Of a DNA stretch of 64,000 bases, positions 1 to 9,532 are shown piece by piece. Under the pieces are notes generated by a model. The model was given only the letters and a program-made list of their open reading frames with translations. It did not search any database and had not been told where the DNA came from. Numbering within the stretch: position 1 is the stretch's first letter; each line of letters opens with the position of its first letter. The stretch covers positions 6,957 to 70,956 of the forward strand of contig CALJVD010000033.1 of assembly GCA_937974825.1 (NCBI GenBank), in the 5' to 3' direction. A program made the translations under genes and the position numbers. The stretch is from an uncultured Oceanospirillaceae bacterium (GTDB lineage: Bacteria; Pseudomonadota; Gammaproteobacteria; Pseudomonadales; Oceanobacteraceae).

Positions 1-510
1 TAAAAGTACTTGGCGAGTAGCAAAGTTTAGAATAACAGTACCGTCAGAGTTAGTGCCGTCGCGCTCTGGTTCACAGACAAAGCCAGGTGCGTTAATTAGC
101 GTCCACTGTTCTTTGTTAGACGGGTTGTACTCTTCAGGAAGAATAAATAAGTTACGACCGAACAAGTTCTGCCAAGCAGTCTCAGTAATCATTTTAACTG
201 GTTGGTAATGTTCAGGGCTGGCGCCAACGTGAACATTAGAAACAAATTGATCTTTGTCGGCTAAGTAGGCTTCTACGCGTGCCCATAGCTCATCAAATTT
301 TTTGGCATCAAAAGGACGGTTAATGCTGCCCCAGTCGATAGCATCTTTGCTGCCGGGTTCTTCAACAATAAAGCGGTCCATTGGCGAGCGACCAGTACGA
401 TGACCGGTTTCAACAACCAGTGCGCCATTATCTTGTAATTGACCTTCGCCACGTAAGATAGCTTGTTCAACTAGAAAGGAAGTCGACAAATCAGTGTAAA
501 TAGTACTCAT
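1..510 (-). CDS. pckA: Phosphoenolpyruvate carboxykinase (ATP), first 170 codons; the rest lies beyond the window start
   Basis: The reverse complement of 1-510 reads [51 protein letters not shown]... and stays open to the window edge, so it is absent from the ORF track. This matches the conserved PckA N-terminus (TGxxTGRSPxDxxIV). The gene neighbours hslO as in E. coli. Confidence 0.85.
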   Translation of the reverse strand, partial: MSTIYTDLSTSFLVEQAILRGEGQLQDNGALVVETGHRTGRSPMDRFIVEEPGSKDAIDWGSINRPFDAKKFDELWARVEAYLADKDQFVSNVHVGASPEHYQPVKMITETAWQNLFGRNLFILPEEYNPSNKEQWTLINAPGFVCEPERDGTNSDGTVILNFATRQVLL

Positions 511-692
511 ATTGGTGCCCCAAGGGTTCCTCTCAGTGGTGCGTGTACCCACGCCTGAAAATATACCTGCCAGCAAGCAGAGATGTAAAGGCGCCGGATT
601 GTAGCAGAGTTAGACCAAATGCTAAACACTCTCTTTTGGAAAGCGCTCGTATTTGGCCTAAACTTTTGTTTACATGCCTTGCAAACGCAGTG

Positions 693-1541
693 CTAGTGCG
701 GATGGCGCTCGGGAAATAAGCTTTCTACTTCCTTGCGATCAAAGCTGTAATGTTGCTGACAAAACTCGCAGTTAATACTAATGCGCTTCTGTTCTTCTAA
801 CAGCGCATTTAATTCATCATAGCCAAGTTGCGTTAATGCAGTAGCTATACGTGGTTTCGAGCAAGAGCAATAAAAGCCTAGCTCAGTGCTTGGAAACACA
901 CGGGTGTTTTCCTCATGGAATAAGCGGTGTAGCAACACATCAGCAGGAAGACCAAGTAACTCTTCGTCTTTTACTGTCGCAGATAACTGATGAATTCTAT
1001 CCCATGCATCTTCGTCGGCAATTTCTTCGGCCGGCGTTGGAATTTTCTGAATCATTAAACCTGCCGCATTCTTACCGTCGGCGGTTAACCAGAATAAACT
1101 AGGCAGCTGTTCAGATTGAGCAAAATATTCTTCTAAGGCTGCAGCAATATTACCACCGCTGATGGCAGTGATGCCCTGATAGCGCTGACCCTGTTCTGGT
1201 TCTAGGGTAATAATCAATTGGCCATTCTCAAAGATTAATTCATGGTTGTCGGTAGTTTCATCATAGCGAGCAATGGCACGTAATTGGCCTTTTTCATTTG
1301 TCTCTGCTTGCAATAAACGAATATTACCCTCAAGACGGGCTTGTAAAGTAATACGTCCAGCAAATTTTAAGGTCGCACTTAAAATGGCGGTAGCTGCCAT
1401 GAGCTCACCTAAGTGAGTAGCAACTAGTTGTGGGTATTTGTGACGACGTATCACTTCTTGATAGCTTTCATTGAGATGGGTGATTTCACCACGAACATCG
1501 GTGCCGTCGAAGCTAAAACGCTGTAAGTAATCGCTGCTCAT
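693..1541 (-). CDS. hslO: Redox-regulated chaperone Hsp33
   Basis: 282-aa ORF with the C-terminal zinc centre CxC...CxxC (FYCSCSKPR ... INCEFCQQHY). It directly follows hslR. Confidence 0.9.
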   Translation of the reverse strand: MSSDYLQRFSFDGTDVRGEITHLNESYQEVIRRHKYPQLVATHLGELMAATAILSATLKFAGRITLQARLEGNIRLLQAETNEKGQLRAIARYDETTDNHELIFENGQLIITLEPEQGQRYQGITAISGGNIAAALEEYFAQSEQLPSLFWLTADGKNAAGLMIQKIPTPAEEIADEDAWDRIHQLSATVKDEELLGLPADVLLHRLFHEENTRVFPSTELGFYCSCSKPRIATALTQLGYDELNALLEEQKRISINCEFCQQHYSFDRKEVESLFPERHPH

Positions 1542-1925
1542 TTAATAATCCTGCTGCTGCTTAAAGCGCGCTAAGTCACGACGCTCTTTTTTGTTGGGTT
1601 TATGGTCTGGAGTCTGCATAAAGCTTTTATTGATACGCCTTTGTTCGGCTTTATCCATACGATCTTTAATGCTTTGAGGTGTTTCTTCGTATAACAGTTG
1701 TGCTTCGGGGGCGCCGCGTCGTTGGTCCGACAATGCTTTAACGATAATTACTTTCTCATCAAAACCTTGACGAACTTTTAGCGTGGCACCGATTTCTACT
1801 AGCTTACTTACTTTAGTACGCTGCCCTTCGTAATGCACTTTGCCGCCTTCAATCGCTGCTTTAGCTAAAGAGCGAGTTTTATAAAAGCGAGCGGCCCATA
1901 GCCATTTGTCGAGACGAATACTCAT
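1542..1925 (-). CDS. hslR: Ribosome-associated heat shock protein Hsp15 (S4 domain)
   Basis: 127 aa with an S4-like N-terminus (RLDKWLWAARFYKTRSLA) and a basic C-terminal tail. It abuts the hslO start (1541/1542). Confidence 0.88.
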   Translation of the reverse strand: MSIRLDKWLWAARFYKTRSLAKAAIEGGKVHYEGQRTKVSKLVEIGATLKVRQGFDEKVIIVKALSDQRRGAPEAQLLYEETPQSIKDRMDKAEQRRINKSFMQTPDHKPNKKERRDLARFKQQQDY

Positions 1926-1980
1926 AATAATAAGCTGTTAGTAGAGGTTGGAAGAGTCTAATAATAAATATTGGGCTCAA

Positions 1981-2673
1981 TTAACAAATTTCAAGCGCCT
2001 GAGTATACAGAAGCTCATCAAATGCCTCGATACCAAAAAATTGATCGTTAGTTTTAGCGGGCTTTTGGCTGTCGGGGTTGTTTACACACACGACCCACTC
2101 AACTCCCCAGCGAGCAGCGGACTCTAATACCGCATGACTGTCATCTATAAAAATAGCACGGGATTTATCAAACCCTTCATCTTGTTCTAAAGCATTCCAA
2201 AACTCAGCTGTTTCTTTCGGTTGCTGATAGTCGTGTGAGCTAATAATGCGGTCGACGTATTTGTTTAAGCCTGTATGCTGCATTTTTAAGTTAACGCTGT
2301 CTCGGTGGGCGTTAGTGACAATTACGGTGCGTTTGTTGAGCTCGCGCATATGTTGAAGAAAATCGAGCACTTGCGGACGAATAGCAATTTTGTGGGCAAC
2401 GTCTTTTTTAAGCTCTAAAATATTCAGGCCGGTTAAGTCTGCCCAAAAATCTAGGCAGTACCAGTCGAGAGTGCCGACTAAACCAACAAAACTTTTATTT
2501 AAATCGGCAAGCGCTTCTGCTTCACTTATACCGCGAAGTTTGGCATAACACTGAGGTACATAGGTTAGCCAAAAATAATTGTCGAAGTGCAAGTCTAATA
2601 AGGTGCCGTCCATATCCAATAAAACGGTATCTATTTGTTGCCATTGTGGCGCGTGCATAGGGTTATACTTCAT
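1981..2673 (-). CDS. yrfG: HAD-family GMP/IMP nucleotidase YrfG-like
   Basis: HAD motif I (DTVLLDMDGTLLD), with NAH..., and FIDDS downstream. It resembles E. coli YrfG along its length and has the same position upstream of hslR. The start could instead be the internal Met at codon 6. Confidence 0.8.
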   Translation of the reverse strand: MKYNPMHAPQWQQIDTVLLDMDGTLLDLHFDNYFWLTYVPQCYAKLRGISEAEALADLNKSFVGLVGTLDWYCLDFWADLTGLNILELKKDVAHKIAIRPQVLDFLQHMRELNKRTVIVTNAHRDSVNLKMQHTGLNKYVDRIISSHDYQQPKETAEFWNALEQDEGFDKSRAIFIDDSHAVLESAARWGVEWVVCVNNPDSQKPAKTNDQFFGIEAFDELLYTQALEIC

Positions 2674-2702
2674 AGTTAAAAGACATTGTTAATAGGATTG
2701 TC

Positions 2703-3266
2703 ATGCATATAAAACCAAAGATACTAGCTCGTCATGTGGTGGCGCAAAGTCGTTTATTTAGAATTGAATCTTTTGATTTGCGATTTAGCAATGGTGTTGA
2801 GCGCACCTATGAGCGTTTGGTTCCAGGTGGTCCTGGTGCGGTAATGCTTGTTCCCCTGCTTGATGACGAAACCGTTGGTTTAATTCGTGAGTATGGCGGT
2901 GGTATCGAAGATTATACCTTAACTTTGCCTAAGGGTGCGTTGGACTTAGGTGAAAGCTTAAAGGATGCCAGTAACCGTGAGCTACAAGAAGAAATCGGCT
3001 TTGCTGGCACCGAGTTTATTCACCTTAAACAATTAAGCTTATCGCCAAGTTACATGCGCAGTGGTATCGATGTCGTTTTAGTTCGAGGTTTATACCCATC
3101 TAAATTAGACGGAGACGAACCCGAGCCTCTAGAGTTAGTGCCTTGGAAACTGAACAATCTAACCGAACTCTATATTCAAGAAGACTTCACTGAAGGTCGA
3201 GCTTTAGCAGCGCTGACGCTTGCGCAAGAATATTTAGCCGGACGTTTCCCTGGTAAGGAACTCTAA
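2703..3266 (+). CDS. nudE: ADP compounds hydrolase NudE (Nudix)
   Basis: Nudix box GESLKDASNRELQEEIGF. N-terminal SRLFRIESFDLRFSNGVERTYERL and DGDEPEPLE closely resemble E. coli NudE. Confidence 0.85.
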   Translation: MHIKPKILARHVVAQSRLFRIESFDLRFSNGVERTYERLVPGGPGAVMLVPLLDDETVGLIREYGGGIEDYTLTLPKGALDLGESLKDASNRELQEEIGFAGTEFIHLKQLSLSPSYMRSGIDVVLVRGLYPSKLDGDEPEPLELVPWKLNNLTELYIQEDFTEGRALAALTLAQEYLAGRFPGKEL

Positions 3267-3267
3267 A

Positions 3268-3690
3268 TTAAGTGCGCGGTACTTTTCTGATGCGGCCAGA
3301 TCCATCAATGGCAACATAAACAAAGACCGCGTCGACCACTTTACGACGTGTGTTTTCGTTAGGGTTGCGCGTCCAGACTTCAATACCAATACGAATAGAC
3401 GACGTACCAATTTCTAATAGCTTGGTATAAAAACCAACCGTTGCTCCTACACGAATAGGCGACATAAATACAACCGACTCTAACGCAACGCTAGCTGTTC
3501 TGCCTTGTGCTAAGCGTGACGCCAAACCTTCAGCGGCGTGATCCATTTGAGCAACCACCCAGCCTGCGGTGATATCGCCATGCATATTTGCATCGTTACG
3601 CGTGGGAATAAGTCTTAATGTGAGCTCACCTTCTGGGCGAGGTTCTAGTTCATCGTGACTGACGTCAGAGGATGCAAACGGGGATAACAT
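3268..3690 (-). CDS. Acyl-CoA thioesterase, hotdog fold (YciA-like)
   Basis: 140 aa. The pattern LTLRLIPTRNDANMHGDITAGWVVAQMD...VVFMSPIRVG...IEVW matches the YciA/4HBT hotdog thioesterase family. Confidence 0.75.
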   Translation of the reverse strand: MLSPFASSDVSHDELEPRPEGELTLRLIPTRNDANMHGDITAGWVVAQMDHAAEGLASRLAQGRTASVALESVVFMSPIRVGATVGFYTKLLEIGTSSIRIGIEVWTRNPNENTRRKVVDAVFVYVAIDGSGRIRKVPRT

Positions 3691-3776
3691 AGTTCACCTG
3701 TTTATTAGAGTTATTATGTGCGCGAATTGTACGTTTATTCGAACAAAATTCCAGCAGTTTCATTGCTGCTGAATGG

Positions 3777-5153
3777 TTAGGGATAAAGCTTTTCAGGCAG
3801 CCAAGTGGCTATTTCTGGCCAGAGCGCCAAGGCAATAAGCAGAAGAACCTGAATACCAATAAAGGGCGCAACGCCACGATAAATAGTGCTGGTTTGTATG
3901 CTCTTCGGCGTAACACCTCTTAGATAAAACAAAGCAAAACCAAAGGGTGGCGTTAAAAATGATGTTTGTAGGTTAATGGCAATCATAATACCTAACCAAA
4001 TAGGATCGACACCCATCATAAAGAGTACAGGCGCTACTATAGGCACAACCACTAGGGTGATTTCAATAAAATCTAATATGAATCCTAGGAAAAAGATAAT
4101 CACCATGACCAGTAACATGGCTGAGAAGACACCGCCGGGTAACTGATTAAAGAAATCGTGAATGAGCTCTTCGCCACCAAACCCGCGGAAGGTTAGTGAG
4201 AACAGCGCCGCGCCAATTAAAATCATAAACACCATGCCTGATACTAATAGGGTGGAGTTCATAACCTCTTTTAAACGACCAAGACTTAACTGCCCGTACA
4301 TGGCTGCTAAAACAATAGAACAGCCTGCCCCTATGCCGGCGGCTTCAGTGGGCGTGGCAATACCGGTTAAGATAGAACCCAGTACCGCAATAATTAACAC
4401 CAACGGTGGTAGTAAGCCTTTGAGTAACTCAAAGATAAAAGCAATATTTAATGCTGGGCGGTCAGATACTGCCGGCGCTGCTGCAGGACGAAATAACGCC
4501 ACAAAGCTAATATAAAGAAGATATAAGACAACCAGTAGTAAGCCGGGAATCAGCGCGCCAACAAATAAGTCGGCAACCGAAATACTGTCAGGACTAAAAA
4601 TCCCCATTTTTAATTGAGACTGCTGATAAGCACTGGAAAGAACATCGCCTAATATAATCAGAACCGTCGAGGGAGGGATGATTTGTCCAAGCGTACCGGT
4701 TGCGGCAATAGTACCGGTTGATAAAGCCGGACTGTAATTCTGCTTCAGCATAGTCGGAAGCGATATTAGCCCCATGGTGACAACGCTGGCACCGATAATA
4801 CCGGTACTAGCGGCCAATAACGCACCGACCAACACTACGGAAAACCCCAGGCCACCACGCATCGGTCCAAAGAGTAGCCCCATATTGTGCAGTAATCGCT
4901 CTGCTACACGAGACTTTTCAAGCATCACGCCCATAAATACAAACAGGGGCACCGCCACTAAAATTTGATTGCTCATGATGCCAAACACCCTGTTAGGGAA
5001 GGCATTTAAGAAAGCGGGATCAAAGGTATTGGTGAGAATCCCAATACCGGCAAATAGCAAAGACACACCGGCCAACGTAAAGGCAACAGGAAACCCTGCC
5101 ATTAATACGATGCACACACAGATAAACAGCAGAATCGCCATAAAACCGATCAT
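3777..5153 (-). CDS. TRAP transporter large permease subunit (DctM family)
   Basis: 458-aa polytopic membrane protein with typical DctM length and sequence character. Its ATG overlaps the upstream dctQ stop (TGATG at 5151-5155). Confidence 0.85.
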   Translation of the reverse strand: MIGFMAILLFICVCIVLMAGFPVAFTLAGVSLLFAGIGILTNTFDPAFLNAFPNRVFGIMSNQILVAVPLFVFMGVMLEKSRVAERLLHNMGLLFGPMRGGLGFSVVLVGALLAASTGIIGASVVTMGLISLPTMLKQNYSPALSTGTIAATGTLGQIIPPSTVLIILGDVLSSAYQQSQLKMGIFSPDSISVADLFVGALIPGLLLVVLYLLYISFVALFRPAAAPAVSDRPALNIAFIFELLKGLLPPLVLIIAVLGSILTGIATPTEAAGIGAGCSIVLAAMYGQLSLGRLKEVMNSTLLVSGMVFMILIGAALFSLTFRGFGGEELIHDFFNQLPGGVFSAMLLVMVIIFFLGFILDFIEITLVVVPIVAPVLFMMGVDPIWLGIMIAINLQTSFLTPPFGFALFYLRGVTPKSIQTSTIYRGVAPFIGIQVLLLIALALWPEIATWLPEKLYP

Positions 5154-5674
5154 TATTGGCGCTCCGTATCTGCAGTCGGTTTGAGAGTTTTAATAAACTC
5201 CGCAATCGATTGAAGCAACATTAGTACCGGCATTACTAAAATAAGTGACTTTAATAAGTACACAAAAGGTAAGCCGCCGGTTTCATCAGAACGTTCTAAA
5301 ATTGCCCAACTGTTGCTGACATAGCGCCAACTCATGGCAAATAAAAATATACAAAAAGGAATAACGAATAAAATAATGCCAACCTGCTCTACTCTGTTTT
5401 TACGCGCTTGAGACCAGTTTTTAGATAAAACATCGACGCGCACATGAGCACCCTGCTGCCAAGTATAAGCAATACCCAACATAAAAAGAGTGGCATGCAG
5501 GTATAAAACAGATTCCTGTAAGACAACAGACGGTAGGCCTAAAAAGTAGCGCATAACAACCACTGCGCAAATTAAGATCACCATGAATAAAGACAGCCAG
5601 CGAATACTGCGACCGACAACAGTCGTAAAACGATCAATCATAAAGTTAAGCCATTTATAGTTGTCAGTAGGCAA
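5153..5674 (-). CDS. TRAP transporter small permease subunit (DctQ family)
   Basis: About 160-173 aa with 4 predicted TM segments, translationally coupled to dctM. The ORF-track start is a TTG at 5674. An ATG at 5641 (MIDRFTTVVGRSIRWL...) is at least as likely. Confidence 0.75.
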   Translation of the reverse strand: MPTDNYKWLNFMIDRFTTVVGRSIRWLSLFMVILICAVVVMRYFLGLPSVVLQESVLYLHATLFMLGIAYTWQQGAHVRVDVLSKNWSQARKNRVEQVGIILFVIPFCIFLFAMSWRYVSNSWAILERSDETGGLPFVYLLKSLILVMPVLMLLQSIAEFIKTLKPTADTERQ

Positions 5675-5831
5675 GAATTGCCCAACGTTAACATTAAACG
5701 CAGCATCGGTATTATTTTAATCATGCGATGGTCTACGGTGGAATTTCACGTATTATAGCGACCTAAACAGGATGTTCCTAACGCCAAAAGATAGAAAAAA
5801 GCATTTTAAGGAAAGAAATTGAAAAAAAGAG

Positions 5832-5860
5832 TTGACGAAACTCAACTCTGTCCTTAATAT
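5832..5860 (+). promoter_or_regulatory. Sigma70-type promoter for tRNA-Thr
   Basis: TTGACG (5832-5837), a 17-bp spacer, then TAATAT (5855-5860). A GC-rich discriminator (GCCGCCCC) follows, and an A-rich UP-like tract lies upstream (5790-5830). Confidence 0.7.
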
Positions 5861-5873
5861 GCCGCCCCAATAC

Positions 5874-5949
<76 letters not shown>

Positions 5950-5954
5950 AATTC

Positions 5955-5990
5955 AAGCCCTAAGTATCTGATACTTGGGGCTTTTTTTTG
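5955..5990 (+). terminator. Intrinsic terminator after tRNA-Thr
   Basis: AAGCCCTAAGTATC / GATACTTGGGGCTT hairpin followed by T8. Confidence 0.75.
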
Positions 5991-6181
5991 CCCGTTTTTT
6001 TTAATACCCCCAATATTACCCACATTACCTACAAGTTGTTTTGCTTCAGCCTAAGTAAAGCTTCATGATAAAGTTCTTAGCAATTTTATTTCGCTCAGTC
6101 TGTGTTTAACTCTGCTTAGCCAAAGCTTGTTAAGCGCCATTAAAGCAGGTGTAAATACTAGAAGAATAGGTGACAAAAGTA

Positions 6182-7216
6182 ATGAGAATATTAAAGAAAC
6201 CTGTACTTGCCGCTACCATTAGTTTGGTTGCGTTTTCAGCTGTAGTGGTTGCTCAGGCAGATGAGGGTAAAGACAGTTTAGGTCCGAAATTCTATGGTAA
6301 ATTTCACGTAACCATGGATTTACAGAAAAACGACAACACAATAGACCCATCCAAAGACGAGCCCAGCCACTGGGCTTTGAACTCACGCAGCTCTCGTGTG
6401 GGTGTACAGCAAGATATTCCACTTAACGAAGACATTACTGCTTTCTATAAATTAGAGGTGGGGGTAGAAGTGGATGATGGTGATAAAAGTGGTCAGTCGT
6501 TTTCTCAGCGTGATGTATATCTTGGTATTAAGGGCGATTATGGCCAGTTACAAGCCGGTCGTTTTAGTACGCCGCTACGAAAGACAGAAGGTAAGATTGA
6601 AGCGTTTAACTCGCTTAGGGGTGATATTAATGCAGTATTAGGGGCACAGTCTCGGGTCAGTAATATTGTGCAATACAGCTCTCCTAAGTTTGCCGACACT
6701 GTTATTAATCTGGCCTTTATGCCAGGCGAAAACGAAGTAGACAGTGTTGGTGTTAACCAAACGCGCTTAGCCAATGCCTACAGTGCTGCTGTGGTTTACG
6801 GTGCGGGTAATCTGTACGCTGCCTTGGCATTAGGTAAAAACTTAGAATCAAAAACTGCCACTGAAGTTGATGAGCGCAGTGACCGCATTCAGTTAGCAGC
6901 TAAATACCAACTCGGTAACGCCGCTTTCGGTGCAATTGTTCAGCACGCTGAAGACAGCAATAACAGTGAGTTGAAAGAAAACGCCTTTATTATCAATACC
7001 ACCTATCGTATTGAAGCCTATACCTTAAAAGCCCAGTACGGTTTAAATAAAGGTGACTCCACTAGCAATAAGCGCACTCTGGCTGCAGTTGGCGTGGATT
7101 ATAAACTTACGGATAAGGCTTTTGTTGGATTAAATTACGCTGCTTTAGATATTGAAAAAGGCGTAAACGAATCAAAGGAAAGAGAACTGTCCTTTGGTTA
7201 TAGCCAAGCGTTTTAG
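6182..7216 (+). CDS. Outer-membrane porin (general Gram-negative porin family)
   Basis: Signal peptide MRILKKPVLAATISLVAFSAVVVAQA, alternating beta-strand pattern, and a C-terminal aromatic residue (..FGYSQAF). The ORF track begins at a GTG at 6170. The ATG at 6182 follows an AGGTGA. Confidence 0.75.
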   Translation: MRILKKPVLAATISLVAFSAVVVAQADEGKDSLGPKFYGKFHVTMDLQKNDNTIDPSKDEPSHWALNSRSSRVGVQQDIPLNEDITAFYKLEVGVEVDDGDKSGQSFSQRDVYLGIKGDYGQLQAGRFSTPLRKTEGKIEAFNSLRGDINAVLGAQSRVSNIVQYSSPKFADTVINLAFMPGENEVDSVGVNQTRLANAYSAAVVYGAGNLYAALALGKNLESKTATEVDERSDRIQLAAKYQLGNAAFGAIVQHAEDSNNSELKENAFIINTTYRIEAYTLKAQYGLNKGDSTSNKRTLAAVGVDYKLTDKAFVGLNYAALDIEKGVNESKERELSFGYSQAF

Positions 7217-7240
7217 GTGGCAAAACATTGCTAACCTAAG

Positions 7241-7701
7241 ATGAAAACCAATTAAGTGCTCTGAAAACAGTTGTATCTATTTAAGTAAAATAGGCGCACT
7301 GTGAAATACACCCTCGCCGCCTGAAGGCCTGCTTCAAAGGCGAGCCTGTAAATAGTACATGAGTAGCCAATACCGTGTTAGATATGGGCACTGCCGATAA
7401 CGATGCTGCCGGTAGAACCACACCCGACCATACCGAATTACACGCTGGTGATATTAGCGGGCAAACACTGGAGCCTGGTTTGTATAAATGGGGCATTGAC
7501 GCTTCTTTTGCGGGCATTGTTTTAGCCATAAAAGCTATTACTGTTAATACCGGCACAACAATGAATGGCCGATTATTCTCTCAAACGGCCGTGACCTTAG
7601 AAATGAATACTATTACTCAGCTTCCCCATCCTTGCAATGACAAGCCCAGTTGCTACATTAACCCTCATAAATATAACAAAGGGTTGAGTAATGAATTTTG
7701 A
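7241..7701 (+). pseudogene. Decayed DUF3494 / ice-binding-protein-like gene remnant
   Basis: The open frame 7375-7701 carries ..DAAGRTTPDHTELHAGDISGQTLEPGLYKW joined directly to ASFAGIVLAIKAITVNTGTTMNGRLFSQTAVTLEMNTI. As I recall them, these are two conserved blocks of bacterial DUF3494 ice-binding proteins that are normally separated by several beta-helix coils. Upstream, 7241-7374 holds a signal-peptide-like start (ATG AAA ACC AAT..) interrupted by stops in all frames. Confidence 0.5.
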
Positions 7702-9172
7702 TGAATACCGTCAGATGGATGGTGTGGCATTAGCGCAGGCAGTGGCTAATAAAGAAGTAACCGCCAGTGAGTTATTGGAAATCGCTATAGCTCGTGCAGA
7801 GGAAGTTAATCCTGAGCTTAACGGCTTAATTATTCCTTTATATGAGCAAGCGCGAGACGTAGCTAAAAACCCAGTGGCAGGCTCGTTGTCGGGTGTTCCC
7901 ATGTTATCTAAGGACTTCTATCAAGAGATGGCCGGTGCCCCGCACTATATGGGCAGCAAAGGTCTTAAGCGCATTAACAATATTGCTCAATCTGACTCCG
8001 AATTAGTCAAGCGCTGGCGCCAAGCTGGGTTAGTGATTTTTGGCCGCACTAATACTCCTGAATTTGCTGCGAAAGGCATTACCGAACCAGAGGCGTGGGG
8101 AGCTACCCGTAATCCATGGAATACAGATCATACGCCGGGTGGCTCATCCGGTGGTTCTGCTGCCATGGTGGCTGCTGGGGTTGTGCCTTTTGCCGGCGCT
8201 AACGATGGTGGTGGTTCTATTCGTATTCCTGCTGCCTGTTGTGGGCTGTTTGGCTTAAAGCCAGGGCGTGGTCGCGTGCCCTGGGGACCAAATATGCAAG
8301 AAGCTATGCATGGCATGGCGATTAATCACGTGGTTACTCGTTCTGTACGAGATAGCGCTGCAGTATTAGATGCAACGCACGGAGACGAGCTCGGCAGCTT
8401 AGTAAAAATAGCGACTCCGCAAAATAGTTATTTAGAGGCCATTGAACAAAAAACACCTACGCTGCGTATTGCTTACAGTACGCGCTCACCTATTGGCAGT
8501 GAGGTTGATCAAGAAGCGATTAAAGCAGTAGAAAAAACAGTCAAACTACTGACTGACTTAGGCCATCATGTTGAGGAAGCGGAGCCTAATATAGATGGTG
8601 AGCAGATGATGCTGGAATGGCTACGCATGTGGTTTGTGAACTGTGCATTAACCGCCAATGAGGTTCGTAAACTAGGGGCAAATCGTGGTTCTGATATGGA
8701 AATAGATACCCAAGTCATGGCTGCGGTAGGTAGCGGAATGAAAGCCATGGATTACGTTCGTGGGTATTACGAGGTGCAGAAGTATGGCTATCAATGGGAT
8801 CTATTTATGCAGACCTATGATTTCTGGCTAACACCCTCTTTAGGTATGGCTCCGGCGAAAATAGGTGCAATGGCCACGCCAGCGATTGAAAAGTTGGGCG
8901 CCAAATTGGCGTTAGGATTAAAAGCCGGCAGTATTATTCGTCATACCGGCATGTTGGAGCGTGTGGCGCGAGAAAACCTTAAATACACACCCTTTACGCA
9001 ATTGGCTAACGTGATTGGGGTTCCGGGTATGTCAGTTCCCTTGCACTGGTGTGATAATGGATTGCCTCTTGGAGTTCAGTTTGTAGGGGCGCATGGTGAT
9101 GAAGCTAAGTTATTGAATTTAGCTGCGCAACTAGAAGAAGCGCAGCCTTGGTTTCATCGAGTACCTAAATAA
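7691..9172 (+). CDS. Amidase (amidase-signature family)
   Basis: 493 aa with the AS-family motif [14 protein letters not shown] and [18 protein letters not shown] (Ser-cisSer-Lys family). Confidence 0.88.
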   Translation: MNFDEYRQMDGVALAQAVANKEVTASELLEIAIARAEEVNPELNGLIIPLYEQARDVAKNPVAGSLSGVPMLSKDFYQEMAGAPHYMGSKGLKRINNIAQSDSELVKRWRQAGLVIFGRTNTPEFAAKGITEPEAWGATRNPWNTDHTPGGSSGGSAAMVAAGVVPFAGANDGGGSIRIPAACCGLFGLKPGRGRVPWGPNMQEAMHGMAINHVVTRSVRDSAAVLDATHGDELGSLVKIATPQNSYLEAIEQKTPTLRIAYSTRSPIGSEVDQEAIKAVEKTVKLLTDLGHHVEEAEPNIDGEQMMLEWLRMWFVNCALTANEVRKLGANRGSDMEIDTQVMAAVGSGMKAMDYVRGYYEVQKYGYQWDLFMQTYDFWLTPSLGMAPAKIGAMATPAIEKLGAKLALGLKAGSIIRHTGMLERVARENLKYTPFTQLANVIGVPGMSVPLHWCDNGLPLGVQFVGAHGDEAKLLNLAAQLEEAQPWFHRVPK

Positions 9173-9198
9173 TAAGAGAATGAATAAAGAGGATATCA

Positions 9199-9519
9199 AT
9201 GGATATAGTATCTGAAATAGCACGCCATATTCGTCACTACAATGGACAGATAGCTTTTGCTTTAGTCGTGACTCTGCTGGTGATTTTTGGCGGCGAGATT
9301 AACCGCACCATTCGAAAGCTTGTGGCAGGTTGGAATGTGATGCTACGCGTATTGGTGTTCGTTATATTCTGTGCACTAGGTTACGGGCTTTTGGCGTCTT
9401 GGCTTACTGGTTTTTTACAAGGGCAATTACGCGGATTATCAAACCCAGTGTATCTCGTGGTGGTAATAGGGTCTTTTGTAGTATTAGGCTGGTTAGCTGA
9501 GAGAGGTCGTTGGCGTTAG
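9199..9519 (+). CDS. Small integral membrane protein, function unknown
   Basis: 106 aa with three hydrophobic segments. An AGAGGA ribosome-binding site lies just upstream, and the gene follows the amidase closely on the same strand. Confidence 0.55.
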   Translation: MDIVSEIARHIRHYNGQIAFALVVTLLVIFGGEINRTIRKLVAGWNVMLRVLVFVIFCALGYGLLASWLTGFLQGQLRGLSNPVYLVVVIGSFVVLGWLAERGRWR

Positions 9520-9532
9520 AAATATTGCAGGC

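Noticed and set aside
7281-7556. 91-aa minus-strand ORF in the porin-amidase gap
   Set aside because: It is antisense to the DUF3494-like remnant, which carries recognisable conserved blocks. It has no motifs or start context of its own.
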